Positions 18,804 through 28,280 of a stretch of DNA of 64,000 bases are shown one piece after another. The stretch is from Acholeplasmataceae bacterium (GTDB taxonomy: Bacteria > Bacillota_I > Bacilli_A > Acholeplasmatales > Acholeplasmataceae): NCBI GenBank assembly GCA_963667565.1, contig OY763415.1, forward strand, positions 800,001-864,000. Reading direction: 5' to 3'. A program made the position numbers and the translations under genes. The notes beneath the pieces were generated by a model. It saw only the letters and a list, made by a program, of their open reading frames with translations. It was not told where the DNA came from and searched no databases. Position 1 is the first letter of the stretch. Each line of letters begins with the position of its first letter.

Positions 18804-19838
18804 CTACTCAAAGATCCATAGTTCAAGTTTTTCAATCGCCCAGAATAAATATCTTTGTTGATCTACAATCATTCTGCCCTGTACTTGCATACCAATAAGT
18901 ATATCCTCATCTTGGAGTGATGTTTCATTAAGTCTTGCTGTTACGATATAAAATGATTGTCCACTTTGCTGATCAACACGACTATCTGATTCTATTGAAA
19001 TTATTTCAGCACTTGCATACCCATAAGTTCTAGGTGATAATGCTGGAATCTCAACTCTTACATGTTGTCCGACTTCTATTTTTGCGATATCACTATTTAA
19101 TACATAAAACTGCACTTCTAAAGTATCATTTATTTCTTCATATACTCTTAAGAGTTCATAACCTGCTTGAATCGTAGAACCAACTGATACAGGATTTGTA
19201 AAATGAATAACACCAGAGTAGTTTGCATATACTTTGTAATTTGATAATTGATTTTCTAGTTTTGATATCTCGTTTTCATATTGTGTCATGGTAGCGTTCA
19301 TTTGATCCATACTACTTGTAAGTGATGCAATCTTTTCATTTTTAGTACGTTCTTGATCTTCTGAATTTGCATATGCATCTAAATATGCATCCATTTCATA
19401 ATATTTAGTAATCTGTTCAACTACATCTAAAATAAATAAGTTCTCATTATTTTCAACAGACTCTAAATATAGTTCTTCTAAGATAAGATCATCTTGATAG
19501 TTAGATAGTGCATTTGTGTAATTGAGTATATCTGTCTCTATTTCAGATCCGTCAAGTTCTAAGATAAGATCACCTTCTTGAACCGAATCTCCTTCTTTAA
19601 AGTAAATGGCTTCAACTCTACTATTAACAAGTGGTGTTACGATTTGAATGTTTTCTGATTCAACACGACCACTTGCTTGTACAACAATTTCTTTTTCTCC
19701 AAAATAACTCCACACGAGTAATAGAGTTATAAGTGTTAACATAAAATAGAAAAACCACAACATGAATCTTGGGACTTTATGTTCAATGACTTCTCTTGAT
19801 TCGGACAAATCATTAAAATCTATAATTTTACCTCTCAT
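18804..19838 (-). CDS. HlyD/LcnD/ComB-type secretion accessory protein
   Basis: N-terminal TM, EIVVQASGRV, lipoyl-like KEGDSVQEGDLIL, coiled coil, GMQVQGRMIV. Confidence 0.9.
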   Translation of the reverse strand: MRGKIIDFNDLSESREVIEHKVPRFMLWFFYFMLTLITLLLVWSYFGEKEIVVQASGRVESENIQIVTPLVNSRVEAIYFKEGDSVQEGDLILELDGSEIETDILNYTNALSNYQDDLILEELYLESVENNENLFILDVVEQITKYYEMDAYLDAYANSEDQERTKNEKIASLTSSMDQMNATMTQYENEISKLENQLSNYKVYANYSGVIHFTNPVSVGSTIQAGYELLRVYEEINDTLEVQFYVLNSDIAKIEVGQHVRVEIPALSPRTYGYASAEIISIESDSRVDQQSGQSFYIVTARLNETSLQDEDILIGMQVQGRMIVDQQRYLFWAIEKLELWIFE

Positions 19839-22003
19839 TTGAAATCACCCCCTGTTTGACTCATCCATAATCGATAATATTTTTCTTTTTTATCAATGAG
19901 TTCAAGATGTGATCCAAACTCAACAATTTGTCCACTTTCCATCACTGCAATTTTGTCTGCTCTACGGATTGTGGATAATCTATGTGCAATGACGATTGAT
20001 GTTAAATCTTTATAATCATTTGATAACACATTTGTAATCGCTTCTTCTGTATGTGCATCTAGATTAGAAGTCGCTTCATCTAAGATTAATACACTAGGTT
20101 TTTTAAGAAGTGCTCTAGCAATTGCAAGTCTTTGTTTCTGTCCACCTGATAAATTTGCACCACCTTCAATTAAAGGTGATTTATATTTTTTAGGTAATGC
20201 TTCAATAAAATCATCAATCTTTAATAATTTTGATACGCGTCTCATTTCTTCAAAATCAACTGCTTCTCCACCTAAAAATAAGTTTTCCTCAACACTTCCA
20301 CTAAATAAGAAAACATCTTGAGAAACATATCCAATATGTTTTCTTAAAGATGATCTATCAATAGATTCAATAGGCATTGAATCTACTAAAATTTCACCTT
20401 TTTCTAATGTATATAGATTAAGTAATAGTTTTGCAAGTGTCGTTTTACCACTCCCTGATTCTCCAACAATGGCGATGGTTTCACCCTGTTTGATATCAAG
20501 CGATAATCCATTTAAGACTAGACGTCTTGTCCCATATCTGAAATCTATGTTTTGAATACTGATATCACCTTTGATTTTTTCCGGTTGATATTTCTTATGT
20601 TCATCATCTTCGTATTCTAAATCAAGATCAATAATTTCTGATAAACGTTCAGCTGCAACGACTGCGGTTTGTATCTGCTGTTGCAGTCCAATGAGGTTTT
20701 TAAGTGGACTTAAGAAATAAGCAAGTAATGCATTAAATGTTAAAAGTTGTCCTAAAGTAATCTCTCCACGAATAACCATTAATGCGCCATACCATAAAAT
20801 AAATAATCCACCAAGTGCTTCAACAACACCGATTAAAGATCCTTGTACGTTACCTAAGATTGCGCCTCGTTTACCTATTAAAGTACTTTTAATATATCGA
20901 TGCTCAGTTTCTAACTCTGCATCACGCTCTGCATTAAATGCTTTAATCGTTTCTACACCATGAATACTTTCGATTAAGTATGAACTCACCTTTGCTCCTT
21001 GTTCCATTGATGCTCTTTGTATCTTTTTAATTGGTTTAATAAAACCATAGACCAAAATACCATATAAAATTGCGATGATGACCGTAATCATAAACATGGT
21101 TGGATTTATCGAATATAATATGATTCCCCCAAAAATAACCATAAGGCTATCTAACATAATGGTCAACGCTGCACCAGAAACTGTATCTTTAATCACTCCA
21201 GCATCTTGAAATCTAGATGTGATTTCTCCTATTTGCCTCGTTGAAAAGAACTTAAGTGGTAGTTTAGCCACGTGCCCGTAATATCCAAGCATCAAAGGTA
21301 TATCTAATCTAATCGATAAATACATTAAAAGATGACTTCTAAATGCATTTAAAATAATTCTAAGTAAATATAAACCGACAAACGCAATCGAAACGACATG
21401 TAGTGTACGTTCTAAGCCGTATGGAATAATTTCATCCATTAAAAATTTAAAATAAAAAGAGCTGATGATGCCAAAAATAGTTAAGACAATACTCATCAAA
21501 AATACATTAATCATTAAATGTTTTTGTGGAATAAGCATCTTAAAAAATCTTGTGAAAACGCCCTTCATCTCATTTCTCTTTTCAAAGACTTCTGAAGGTT
21601 TTAATACAATTAAATATCCAGTCCACATGCCTGCAAACTCATCAAATGATAATTTTCTCAATCCTTTAGCTGGATCTGCAATAATCACTTTCTTTTTATC
21701 AATCTTATGAATCACAACATAATGTTGTAAACTATCTTCTGTTAAAACATTTGCAATCGCTGGTAATGGAAATTCAGTTAAGAGATTTTCTCTTGTGCCT
21801 TTGACTGCTTTAGCTGAAAATCCTAATTCCTCAGCTGCTTTTACAAGCCCATAGACATTATTACCATATGAGTCTGTTCCCGCAATGTCTCTAATTTTAG
21901 ATAATTGTAGTTTTTGTCCATATGTTTTACTAATTGTAGCTAGACAAGCAACCCCACAATCCTTTTGATCATGCTGTTTGATACAAATATACTTTTTATG
22001 CAT
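19835..22003 (-). CDS. C39 peptidase-containing ABC transporter (bacteriocin processing/export)
   Basis: QHDQKDCGVACL catalytic Cys, HYVVI, IADPA, TM domain, GESGSGKT, LSGGQKQR, ILDEATS. Confidence 0.96.
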   Translation of the reverse strand: MHKKYICIKQHDQKDCGVACLATISKTYGQKLQLSKIRDIAGTDSYGNNVYGLVKAAEELGFSAKAVKGTRENLLTEFPLPAIANVLTEDSLQHYVVIHKIDKKKVIIADPAKGLRKLSFDEFAGMWTGYLIVLKPSEVFEKRNEMKGVFTRFFKMLIPQKHLMINVFLMSIVLTIFGIISSFYFKFLMDEIIPYGLERTLHVVSIAFVGLYLLRIILNAFRSHLLMYLSIRLDIPLMLGYYGHVAKLPLKFFSTRQIGEITSRFQDAGVIKDTVSGAALTIMLDSLMVIFGGIILYSINPTMFMITVIIAILYGILVYGFIKPIKKIQRASMEQGAKVSSYLIESIHGVETIKAFNAERDAELETEHRYIKSTLIGKRGAILGNVQGSLIGVVEALGGLFILWYGALMVIRGEITLGQLLTFNALLAYFLSPLKNLIGLQQQIQTAVVAAERLSEIIDLDLEYEDDEHKKYQPEKIKGDISIQNIDFRYGTRRLVLNGLSLDIKQGETIAIVGESGSGKTTLAKLLLNLYTLEKGEILVDSMPIESIDRSSLRKHIGYVSQDVFLFSGSVEENLFLGGEAVDFEEMRRVSKLLKIDDFIEALPKKYKSPLIEGGANLSGGQKQRLAIARALLKKPSVLILDEATSNLDAHTEEAITNVLSNDYKDLTSIVIAHRLSTIRRADKIAVMESGQIVEFGSHLELIDKKEKYYRLWMSQTGGDFK

Positions 22004-22018
22004 ACAATCCCTCTTTCT

Positions 22019-22309
22019 TTATACATGTGCGCTTAATTGAGTTTTTATGCATTGAAGCATATCATAACTCCTCATATGATCTTCTTTTTTAAACACGAAT
22101 CTATCCTTTTTTATCACATCTATATTGCTCTTATACCACTCGATAAGTTCTTTTATCACTGTAAGTAACTCATTTCTATTCTTGTCTTCACTCAACTCTA
22201 AAAGCTTATGGGCATTATTTTTTGTAAAGTTGTCTGTTGCATACTCCAATATAGATTCAGATATTGGTTCTTTATACAACAATAAGTAGTTGATGTTTTC
22301 TTTTTCCAT
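22019..22309 (-). CDS. Hypothetical soluble 96-aa protein in the exporter operon
   Basis: AAAGGAG RBS; 21 bp after the peptide gene and 15 bp before the exporter. Confidence 0.7.
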   Translation of the reverse strand: MEKENINYLLLYKEPISESILEYATDNFTKNNAHKLLELSEDKNRNELLTVIKELIEWYKSNIDVIKKDRFVFKKEDHMRSYDMLQCIKTQLSAHV

Positions 22310-22330
22310 TTATAACTCCTTTTAATTATT

Positions 22331-22468
22331 CTATTGCTTTTTTCCGCTTCCAGGTAACACGTAACTGGGTGCTTTTAACTCTGATGCTGAAACTGTTGTT
22401 GTATTAAAAATTAATAGTGCATTAAATAATACAATAAAAATGATTAGATACGTTATTATTTTTTTCAT
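22331..22468 (-). CDS. Unannotated 45-aa secreted peptide, candidate pheromone precursor
   Basis: Translated by hand: MKKIITYLIIFIVLFNALLIFNTTTVSASELKAPSYVLPGSGKKQ*; AGGAGG RBS; basic N-terminus, hydrophobic stretch, V-S-A cleavage-like site. Confidence 0.8.
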   Translation of the reverse strand: MKKIITYLIIFIVLFNALLIFNTTTVSASELKAPSYVLPGSGKKQ

Positions 22469-22556
22469 AGAAACCCTCCTTAGTTTTATGGTATAATAAA
22501 ACATCTAGAGGTTGGCGTGCCGATTTGACCCGTTTTTTTATGGAAGGGAGTCTACT

Positions 22557-23477
22557 ATGAAAATTATTCAAAATATCGCTACTGATATTGACACATTACG
22601 TATCAATAAAGGTTTAACTGTTTCTGAACTATGTTTCGAAATTTGTGATGAAAGTGCCTATAGAAAATATAAAACAGGTAAGCGAAATATTTCGATAGAT
22701 AAAATTAATTTATTTTGTAATCGTTTAGGTATTGGTCTAGATGAATTTTTATATAATTTAGTAACTAAAAACTCATTTGAATATGAGAGAATACAAAATT
22801 TATATTATGCACTTCAAGATAAAGATTTTGTATATATTAAAAAATCTCTTCCACACATTAATGTAAAAGAGATTAGTTCGGAAAAAAATCATATATTATT
22901 TAATTTTATTTTATATTCTTATCAGTATGAAACTAAAATCATAACTAAGACTGAATATTATTCTATGTTATCAGACTTATTACCTGTTCATAATGGATTT
23001 TATACTTTTAACGATATCTTAATTTTAGATAAACTGGCATGGCTTGAAATAGGCATTAAAGAATCAAAATCTTTAAAAGATCTACAAGCAATTTTACTTG
23101 ATACCAAAAAACTATATACTATAAGTGATAATCATATTACAATTGCTACTATTTTTGCGAGTGTATCTAATTTATTAACTAAATCAAAAGAATCATCTTA
23201 TGCAATGAAAATTTGTGAAACTGGTATAAATTATTGTAAAAAATATAGTATTACTGAAAATATTCATCACTTATATTATCTATTAGCATACAATCAATTC
23301 CGAGATAACAAAAAAGAAAATGCTATGGAAAATCTATCTATTGTTATTTCCATAGTTTTTTCAATGCAAGATAAAAAAGAATTCATGTATTTTATATCTT
23401 TAATTACTAAAGAATTTAATATGACAAAAACCATGGTTTATCAGATGCATCAATTATCATTGGAAAATTACTTATAA
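22557..23477 (+). CDS. Rgg/PlcR-like (RRNPP superfamily) transcriptional regulator
   Basis: N-terminal XRE HTH (LRINKGLTVSELC...LGIGLDEF) plus ~240-aa helical TPR-like region (ICETGINYC, LYYLLAY); ATG 22557 behind GGAAGGGAG; TG-N-TATAAT at 22489-22497. Confidence 0.8.
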   Translation: MKIIQNIATDIDTLRINKGLTVSELCFEICDESAYRKYKTGKRNISIDKINLFCNRLGIGLDEFLYNLVTKNSFEYERIQNLYYALQDKDFVYIKKSLPHINVKEISSEKNHILFNFILYSYQYETKIITKTEYYSMLSDLLPVHNGFYTFNDILILDKLAWLEIGIKESKSLKDLQAILLDTKKLYTISDNHITIATIFASVSNLLTKSKESSYAMKICETGINYCKKYSITENIHHLYYLLAYNQFRDNKKENAMENLSIVISIVFSMQDKKEFMYFISLITKEFNMTKTMVYQMHQLSLENYL

Positions 23478-23759
23478 GATGTTAATAATAAATTGTCATT
23501 ACGGAGTATTACTCATTTTCTTCTTTGAAAAAGTAGTTGTTAATGATAGAAACGATATCGAGATGATTTTGAACCCATTTAAAACTGAAAACAATAAAGT
23601 CATATACTCATTCCCAGAAATTATTACACCATTCAAGATTAGAAAAACCCTATTTGAGACAACGAGTAAAATAACATGTAAATAACTTAAAATGTACACA
23701 TTTAATTGGATAGGAGATTGAGATCATCAAAATGATGGTCTTTTTCTTACTTTTTAGAC

Positions 23760-23822
23760 AAAGTTCAAATCCCCTCGGGTCCTCAAAAAACCCCCATTTT
23801 TGCCAAAAGTTCAAATCCCCTC
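23760..23822. repeat. 17-bp direct repeat AAAGTTCAAATCCCCTC (two copies)
   Basis: Exact copies at 23760-23776 and 23806-23822. Confidence 0.8.
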
Positions 23823-23988
23823 TCGAGAAAGTATATTTTCCACTATATTTAAACATAAAAAAAGGGTGAAACCAATGAAAAATCACTGATTTTACCCTAA
23901 AATATACGAAAAGTTTCTTTGTATAAAATCGCATTTAACGTCTCTATTAAGACGTTAAACGATAAAAAGCAACTTGGTATAATCAACC

Positions 23989-24077
23989 TGGCGGAGGAAA
24001 GGGGATTCGAACCCCTGCACCATCTCTGATCTACAAGCTTTCCAAGCCTGCCTCTTCAGCCACTTGAGTATTCCTCC
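23989..24077 (-). tRNA. tRNA-Ser (GGA)
   Basis: GGAGGAA acceptor stem, CAGGC-TTGGAAA-GCTTG anticodon arm, long variable arm, GTTCGAATC, encoded CCA. Confidence 0.96.
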
Positions 24078-24079
24078 AC

Positions 24080-24156
24080 TGGCGCACTCAACATGAATTG
24101 AACATGTGACCTCAGTCTCCGGAGGACTGCGCTCTATCCAACTGAGCTATGAGTGC
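24080..24156 (-). tRNA. tRNA-Arg (CCG)
   Basis: GCACTCA/TGAGTGC acceptor stem, CAGTC-CTCCGGA-GACTG anticodon arm, encoded CCA. Confidence 0.95.
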
Positions 24157-24694
24157 ATGACATTATTTTAACATAAATTCGAATTACAGTTGCTTTCTAT
24201 ATGCTAATAAACAAAAAATATCACTTTTCATATTTGTATTATTACTTAAAGAATTAATTATTTATTTTAGTTCTTGATGACATTAATTAATCATCTAACA
24301 GCAATGATATTTATATATATGCATAAATTAATATACAAAATGGTATAATAAATTATAGAAAAAATTATGGATACATTTAATTTAATATTGCAATGAATAA
24401 CCTGTGAAAAATCGATATAGAATTTTCTTAAACATGTAACAATTATTTAAGAGATATTTGCATTTGATTTTAAATAGGTATGCTCTCATCTAAGTCTTTT
24501 CTTTATGCATTTGCATTAAGTTAGTAATAGCATGAATTCATATGCTGGTTTATTTTAAGTAACATAAAAAAATGAATTTTTTTCAAATCAAAGTCCATTA
24601 ATATCTTTCGCAAATATTGAAACTCTCTCTAATGTTGGTTCTACTTTAAAAATTCATATAGGATCAACAACAGAACCTTACTTTGGAGGCTATC

Positions 24695-25438
24695 ATGCAA
24701 CAAAGAACGTTTAATCGTTTTGAAAAAAAATATTTAATTACAGATGAGCAAAAAAACGTGATTCTAAAAACTATTGAATCAAATCTTCTATATGATCAAA
24801 ATATTGTCGATAAAAAACCATATCAAATTTATAATCTTTACTATGATACTGAAGATTATGAATTTATAAGATACTCTTTATCTAAACCTCAATATAAGGA
24901 TAAAGTAAGATTAAGATCTTATCATTATCCTTTGGAGGATCAAGATCTTGTCTTTTTAGAAATCAAAAAAAAATTTGAAGGTAGAGTTAATAAACGAAGA
25001 ATAGTGTTAACTTATAGTGAATTCAAGAAATTCTTAACGCATGAAGTTGAACCTGCACAAGATGATTATTTAAATCAACAAGTATTTCAAGAAATTGATT
25101 ATTTATTAAAAAAGAGTACATTAAAACCTAAAGCATATATCGCATATGAGCGTTTAGCACTTCATAATGAAGATGATAGTCTAAGAGTAACATTTGATCA
25201 AAATATCAGATATCGCAAAGATGACATCACTTTTGATCAAGATCAAGCTGCACCCATTCTAGATGATCAAACCTTATGGCTTATGGAAATTAAATGTAAT
25301 CAAAATTTTCCTTTGTGGTTAACTAAATTATTATCACAAAACCAAATCTATGCACAAAGCTTTTCAAAATATGGTAAGGCTTATCAAAAATTTATAACAG
25401 GAGAAACCTATGAACACATTACTATCCCTCACACTTGA
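24695..25438 (+). CDS. VTC / polyphosphate polymerase domain protein (CYTH-like)
   Basis: FNRFEKKY, NLYYDT, KVRLRSY, FLEIKKK, LRVTFD, MEIK, FSKY; ATG 24695 behind GGAGG. Confidence 0.88.
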   Translation: MQQRTFNRFEKKYLITDEQKNVILKTIESNLLYDQNIVDKKPYQIYNLYYDTEDYEFIRYSLSKPQYKDKVRLRSYHYPLEDQDLVFLEIKKKFEGRVNKRRIVLTYSEFKKFLTHEVEPAQDDYLNQQVFQEIDYLLKKSTLKPKAYIAYERLALHNEDDSLRVTFDQNIRYRKDDITFDQDQAAPILDDQTLWLMEIKCNQNFPLWLTKLLSQNQIYAQSFSKYGKAYQKFITGETYEHITIPHT

Positions 25439-26093
25439 TATGACAGATATCACCGTTTTTAAAATTCTTACTATTTTGGTTGTTTCAACGCTTTTAGGAC
25501 TCATCCTAAGATATGTATTCATATACACACACAGAAATGATGTTTATGATAAGTCATTTAGTCAGACATTGCTTTTACTTCCACTCGTTATTTCAATCAT
25601 TATCGTCTTAGTATCAGGTAACTTAGCAACTGCATTTAGCCTAGCTGGTGTATTTGCCTTAGTTAGATTTAGAACTGCAATTGCTGATTCAAGAGATATC
25701 ACTTATATCTTAAGTGCTGTTGGTATTGGACTTGCTATTGCAATGGGTTTTATGGATTATGCCATTGTCATTACAATATTTATTTCCCTATTACTTGTAA
25801 CAATCAGTATGTTTCAAAAGGATAAGACTAAAAGTCAAACTGCAAAACTTAAGATTATTGTTCCAGAAAATTTGAATTATGAGAATTTATTTGATGATAT
25901 TTTTAAAAGACATCTAGAAAATTTCCAATTACAAAGAGTAAAAACAACTGATTTTGGTACCATGTTTGAACTTACTTATTTGGTAAAATGTAGAATTGAT
26001 TTAAATCAAAAAGCACTTATTGATGATATTAGAGTTAGAAATGGAAATTTAAATGTCCAAATGACAACTGATTATCAATCCATAGCCGAATAA
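25410..26093 (+). CDS. DUF4956 membrane protein
   Basis: AFSLAGVFALVRFRTA, VKTTDFGTMFELTY, IRVRNGNL; usual partner of VTC genes. Confidence 0.85.
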   Translation: MNTLLSLTLDMTDITVFKILTILVVSTLLGLILRYVFIYTHRNDVYDKSFSQTLLLLPLVISIIIVLVSGNLATAFSLAGVFALVRFRTAIADSRDITYILSAVGIGLAIAMGFMDYAIVITIFISLLLVTISMFQKDKTKSQTAKLKIIVPENLNYENLFDDIFKRHLENFQLQRVKTTDFGTMFELTYLVKCRIDLNQKALIDDIRVRNGNLNVQMTTDYQSIAE

Positions 26094-26128
26094 AAAGGTT
26101 GAGAATTTCTCTCAACCTTTATTTTTAT
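26092..26128. terminator. Probable bidirectional terminator
   Basis: aaaggttgaga...tctcaaccttt stem between convergent genes. Confidence 0.7.
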
Positions 26129-26129
26129 A

Positions 26130-26666
26130 CTAAAACCAACGATGGAAAAACATATCTCTAAATGTTTGAACCATCTCTTCTTCAAATTGAACAAATTTAT
26201 CTTGTATCTTAATCATTGAATGATTCATATCTAAATCTCTTGTGTCATCATTGTTTTCTTCTGCAATTTGTTGAAAGTGTTCAATTAATTCTTGTCTATT
26301 CGTTTGTGTTGATGATTGGTTGATAATATCACCATGACATATGATTTGATGATGAAACTCACTACGTTTACAAAGCATTTTCCCTTGAGTTTCTTCTTTT
26401 TCTATTAAGTATTGATAACTAAATTTAATATCATGAAATCTTTTAGATAACATTTTCACTTCATCTATGATGTCTTCTTCACTCTCAAAGTCATATGTAT
26501 CAAAATCAACTTTAATATGACTTAAGTGGTGTTGTTTTTGTGGGTTAATCATTTCTAAATCAAGTAAATTTAAATGTCCTTCTTTGTGAGTTTCCAAAAA
26601 AGCCTTTACTTCTACAAGTTCAGTATCGTTTCCTAAAATTCTTAATTTATTCAAAACTTTAATCAT
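26130..26666 (-). CDS. Hypothetical protein, weakly YubB/DUF1281-like
   Basis: GAGGTG RBS; NKLRILG start and FDT...LSKRFHDIKFSYQY pattern. Confidence 0.55.
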   Translation of the reverse strand: MIKVLNKLRILGNDTELVEVKAFLETHKEGHLNLLDLEMINPQKQHHLSHIKVDFDTYDFESEEDIIDEVKMLSKRFHDIKFSYQYLIEKEETQGKMLCKRSEFHHQIICHGDIINQSSTQTNRQELIEHFQQIAEENNDDTRDLDMNHSMIKIQDKFVQFEEEMVQTFRDMFFHRWF

Positions 26667-26809
26667 TGATATCACCTCTTTATACCTTTATTATATGCCT
26701 AGTTTGCAATAATTCAAGTTACACACATGCTTTTTACACACTTTGATATCATTATCAAATCTATGACATTTGACTAAAAGTCATGATAAAATAGTAAAGA
26801 GGTATTCTT

Positions 26810-28279
26810 ATGATTTTATGGAAAAATGGACATATACATACATTAAATGATACTAATGATATATATCATAATATGGTCACATCAAGTGGTGTGATTATTT
26901 CATTTGATCATGCCAAAGATTTAGCATATGATCAGATTATTGATTTAAAAGGTGCACATGTCTATCCAGGATTTGTTGATGCTCACATGCATATTTTGGG
27001 ATATGGAGAAATGCTTTCTCAAATATCTTTAGCTCATGTAACTAAAAAACAAGAGCTTATCAGTTATATCAAAAAAAACTTAACAGAAACAACCTATATT
27101 TTTTATGGTCTAAATCACATTGATTTTACCAAGAACGACTTAGATCAAATCTCATTGACACTTCCAATCATCATTAAACATGCTGATTATCACACCTATA
27201 CTGTTAACACGTGTGTTTTAGAGACGATAGGCATAGAGAGTAATGATGGATTACTTAATGAAGAACAGATTTTATTGCTCAATACTCATTATTTAAAATA
27301 TAGCATCTCTGATTTGGAAAATATGATTAAAAAAGCCATCGAAAAGCTTTATCAATATGGGATAACTGGAAGCCATTCTGATGATCTACATTATCACAAT
27401 GGATATGTTGAAACCATAGAAGCTTTTAAACATGTTTTAAACATCTATCCTTTTAGAGCACAGTTACTAATACATCATGAAGAACTTAAGCATTTTAAAA
27501 ATTCAAATGATTCATTTTTAGATCAAAACATGTATCTAGAACTAGGTGCAGTTAAGATGTTTTACGATGGCACATTATCCTCTAAAACCGCTTTATTAAA
27601 ACATCCTTATAATCGTTTAAATCATTGTGGCAAACAAGTAGTCTCTGATGATATATTTATTAATCAAGTCAAAGAAGCAAGAGATCTTTCTATGAATGTT
27701 GCCATTCATGTCATTGGCGACCAAGGTTTAGAAAACGTTATAGGTATTCTAAAAAAACATCCTCCTAAAAAAGGGTTATATGATAGAATTATTCATGCAT
27801 CTTTACTGACTGAAAACACACTTTTAGCGCTCAAAAATCTACCTGTCACAATAGATGTTCAACCCCAATTTATTTCAAGTGATTTTCCACAACACTTTGC
27901 CCTTTTTTCGCAAAAACCCGAGTATATATATCCATTTAATTCCATGCTAAAAGCTGGTTTAATGGTATGTGGTTCAAGTGATGCTCCCGTTGAAGATCCT
28001 AACCCACTTCTAGGTATGTATAACGCTGTAACAAGAAATCTTAACAATCAAGAACAACTATCACCAAATGAATGTATTTCAAGAATTGAGGCACTTAAAC
28101 TTTATACGACATATGCAAATATTCCTACTTATAAACAAAACAGAGGAAAAATTGGTATAGGTTATATTGCTGATTTTACGATATTCGACTCTGATATTTT
28201 AGAAGTTGATATCGAATCATTTAAACAAATAAAACCTATTATGACCGTTATTAATGAAAAAATAGTCTATAAAAAATAG
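26810..28279 (+). CDS. Amidohydrolase 3 family (YtcJ-like)
   Basis: PGFVDAHMH, VKMFYDGTL, AIHVIGD, RIIHAS, GSSDAPV. Confidence 0.9.
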   Translation: MILWKNGHIHTLNDTNDIYHNMVTSSGVIISFDHAKDLAYDQIIDLKGAHVYPGFVDAHMHILGYGEMLSQISLAHVTKKQELISYIKKNLTETTYIFYGLNHIDFTKNDLDQISLTLPIIIKHADYHTYTVNTCVLETIGIESNDGLLNEEQILLLNTHYLKYSISDLENMIKKAIEKLYQYGITGSHSDDLHYHNGYVETIEAFKHVLNIYPFRAQLLIHHEELKHFKNSNDSFLDQNMYLELGAVKMFYDGTLSSKTALLKHPYNRLNHCGKQVVSDDIFINQVKEARDLSMNVAIHVIGDQGLENVIGILKKHPPKKGLYDRIIHASLLTENTLLALKNLPVTIDVQPQFISSDFPQHFALFSQKPEYIYPFNSMLKAGLMVCGSSDAPVEDPNPLLGMYNAVTRNLNNQEQLSPNECISRIEALKLYTTYANIPTYKQNRGKIGIGYIADFTIFDSDILEVDIESFKQIKPIMTVINEKIVYKK

Positions 28280-28280
28280 A

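Noticed and set aside
23499..23934. Minus-strand ORFs 23499-23699 and 23650-23934
   Set aside because: No RBS, atypical composition, overlap repeats; probably spurious
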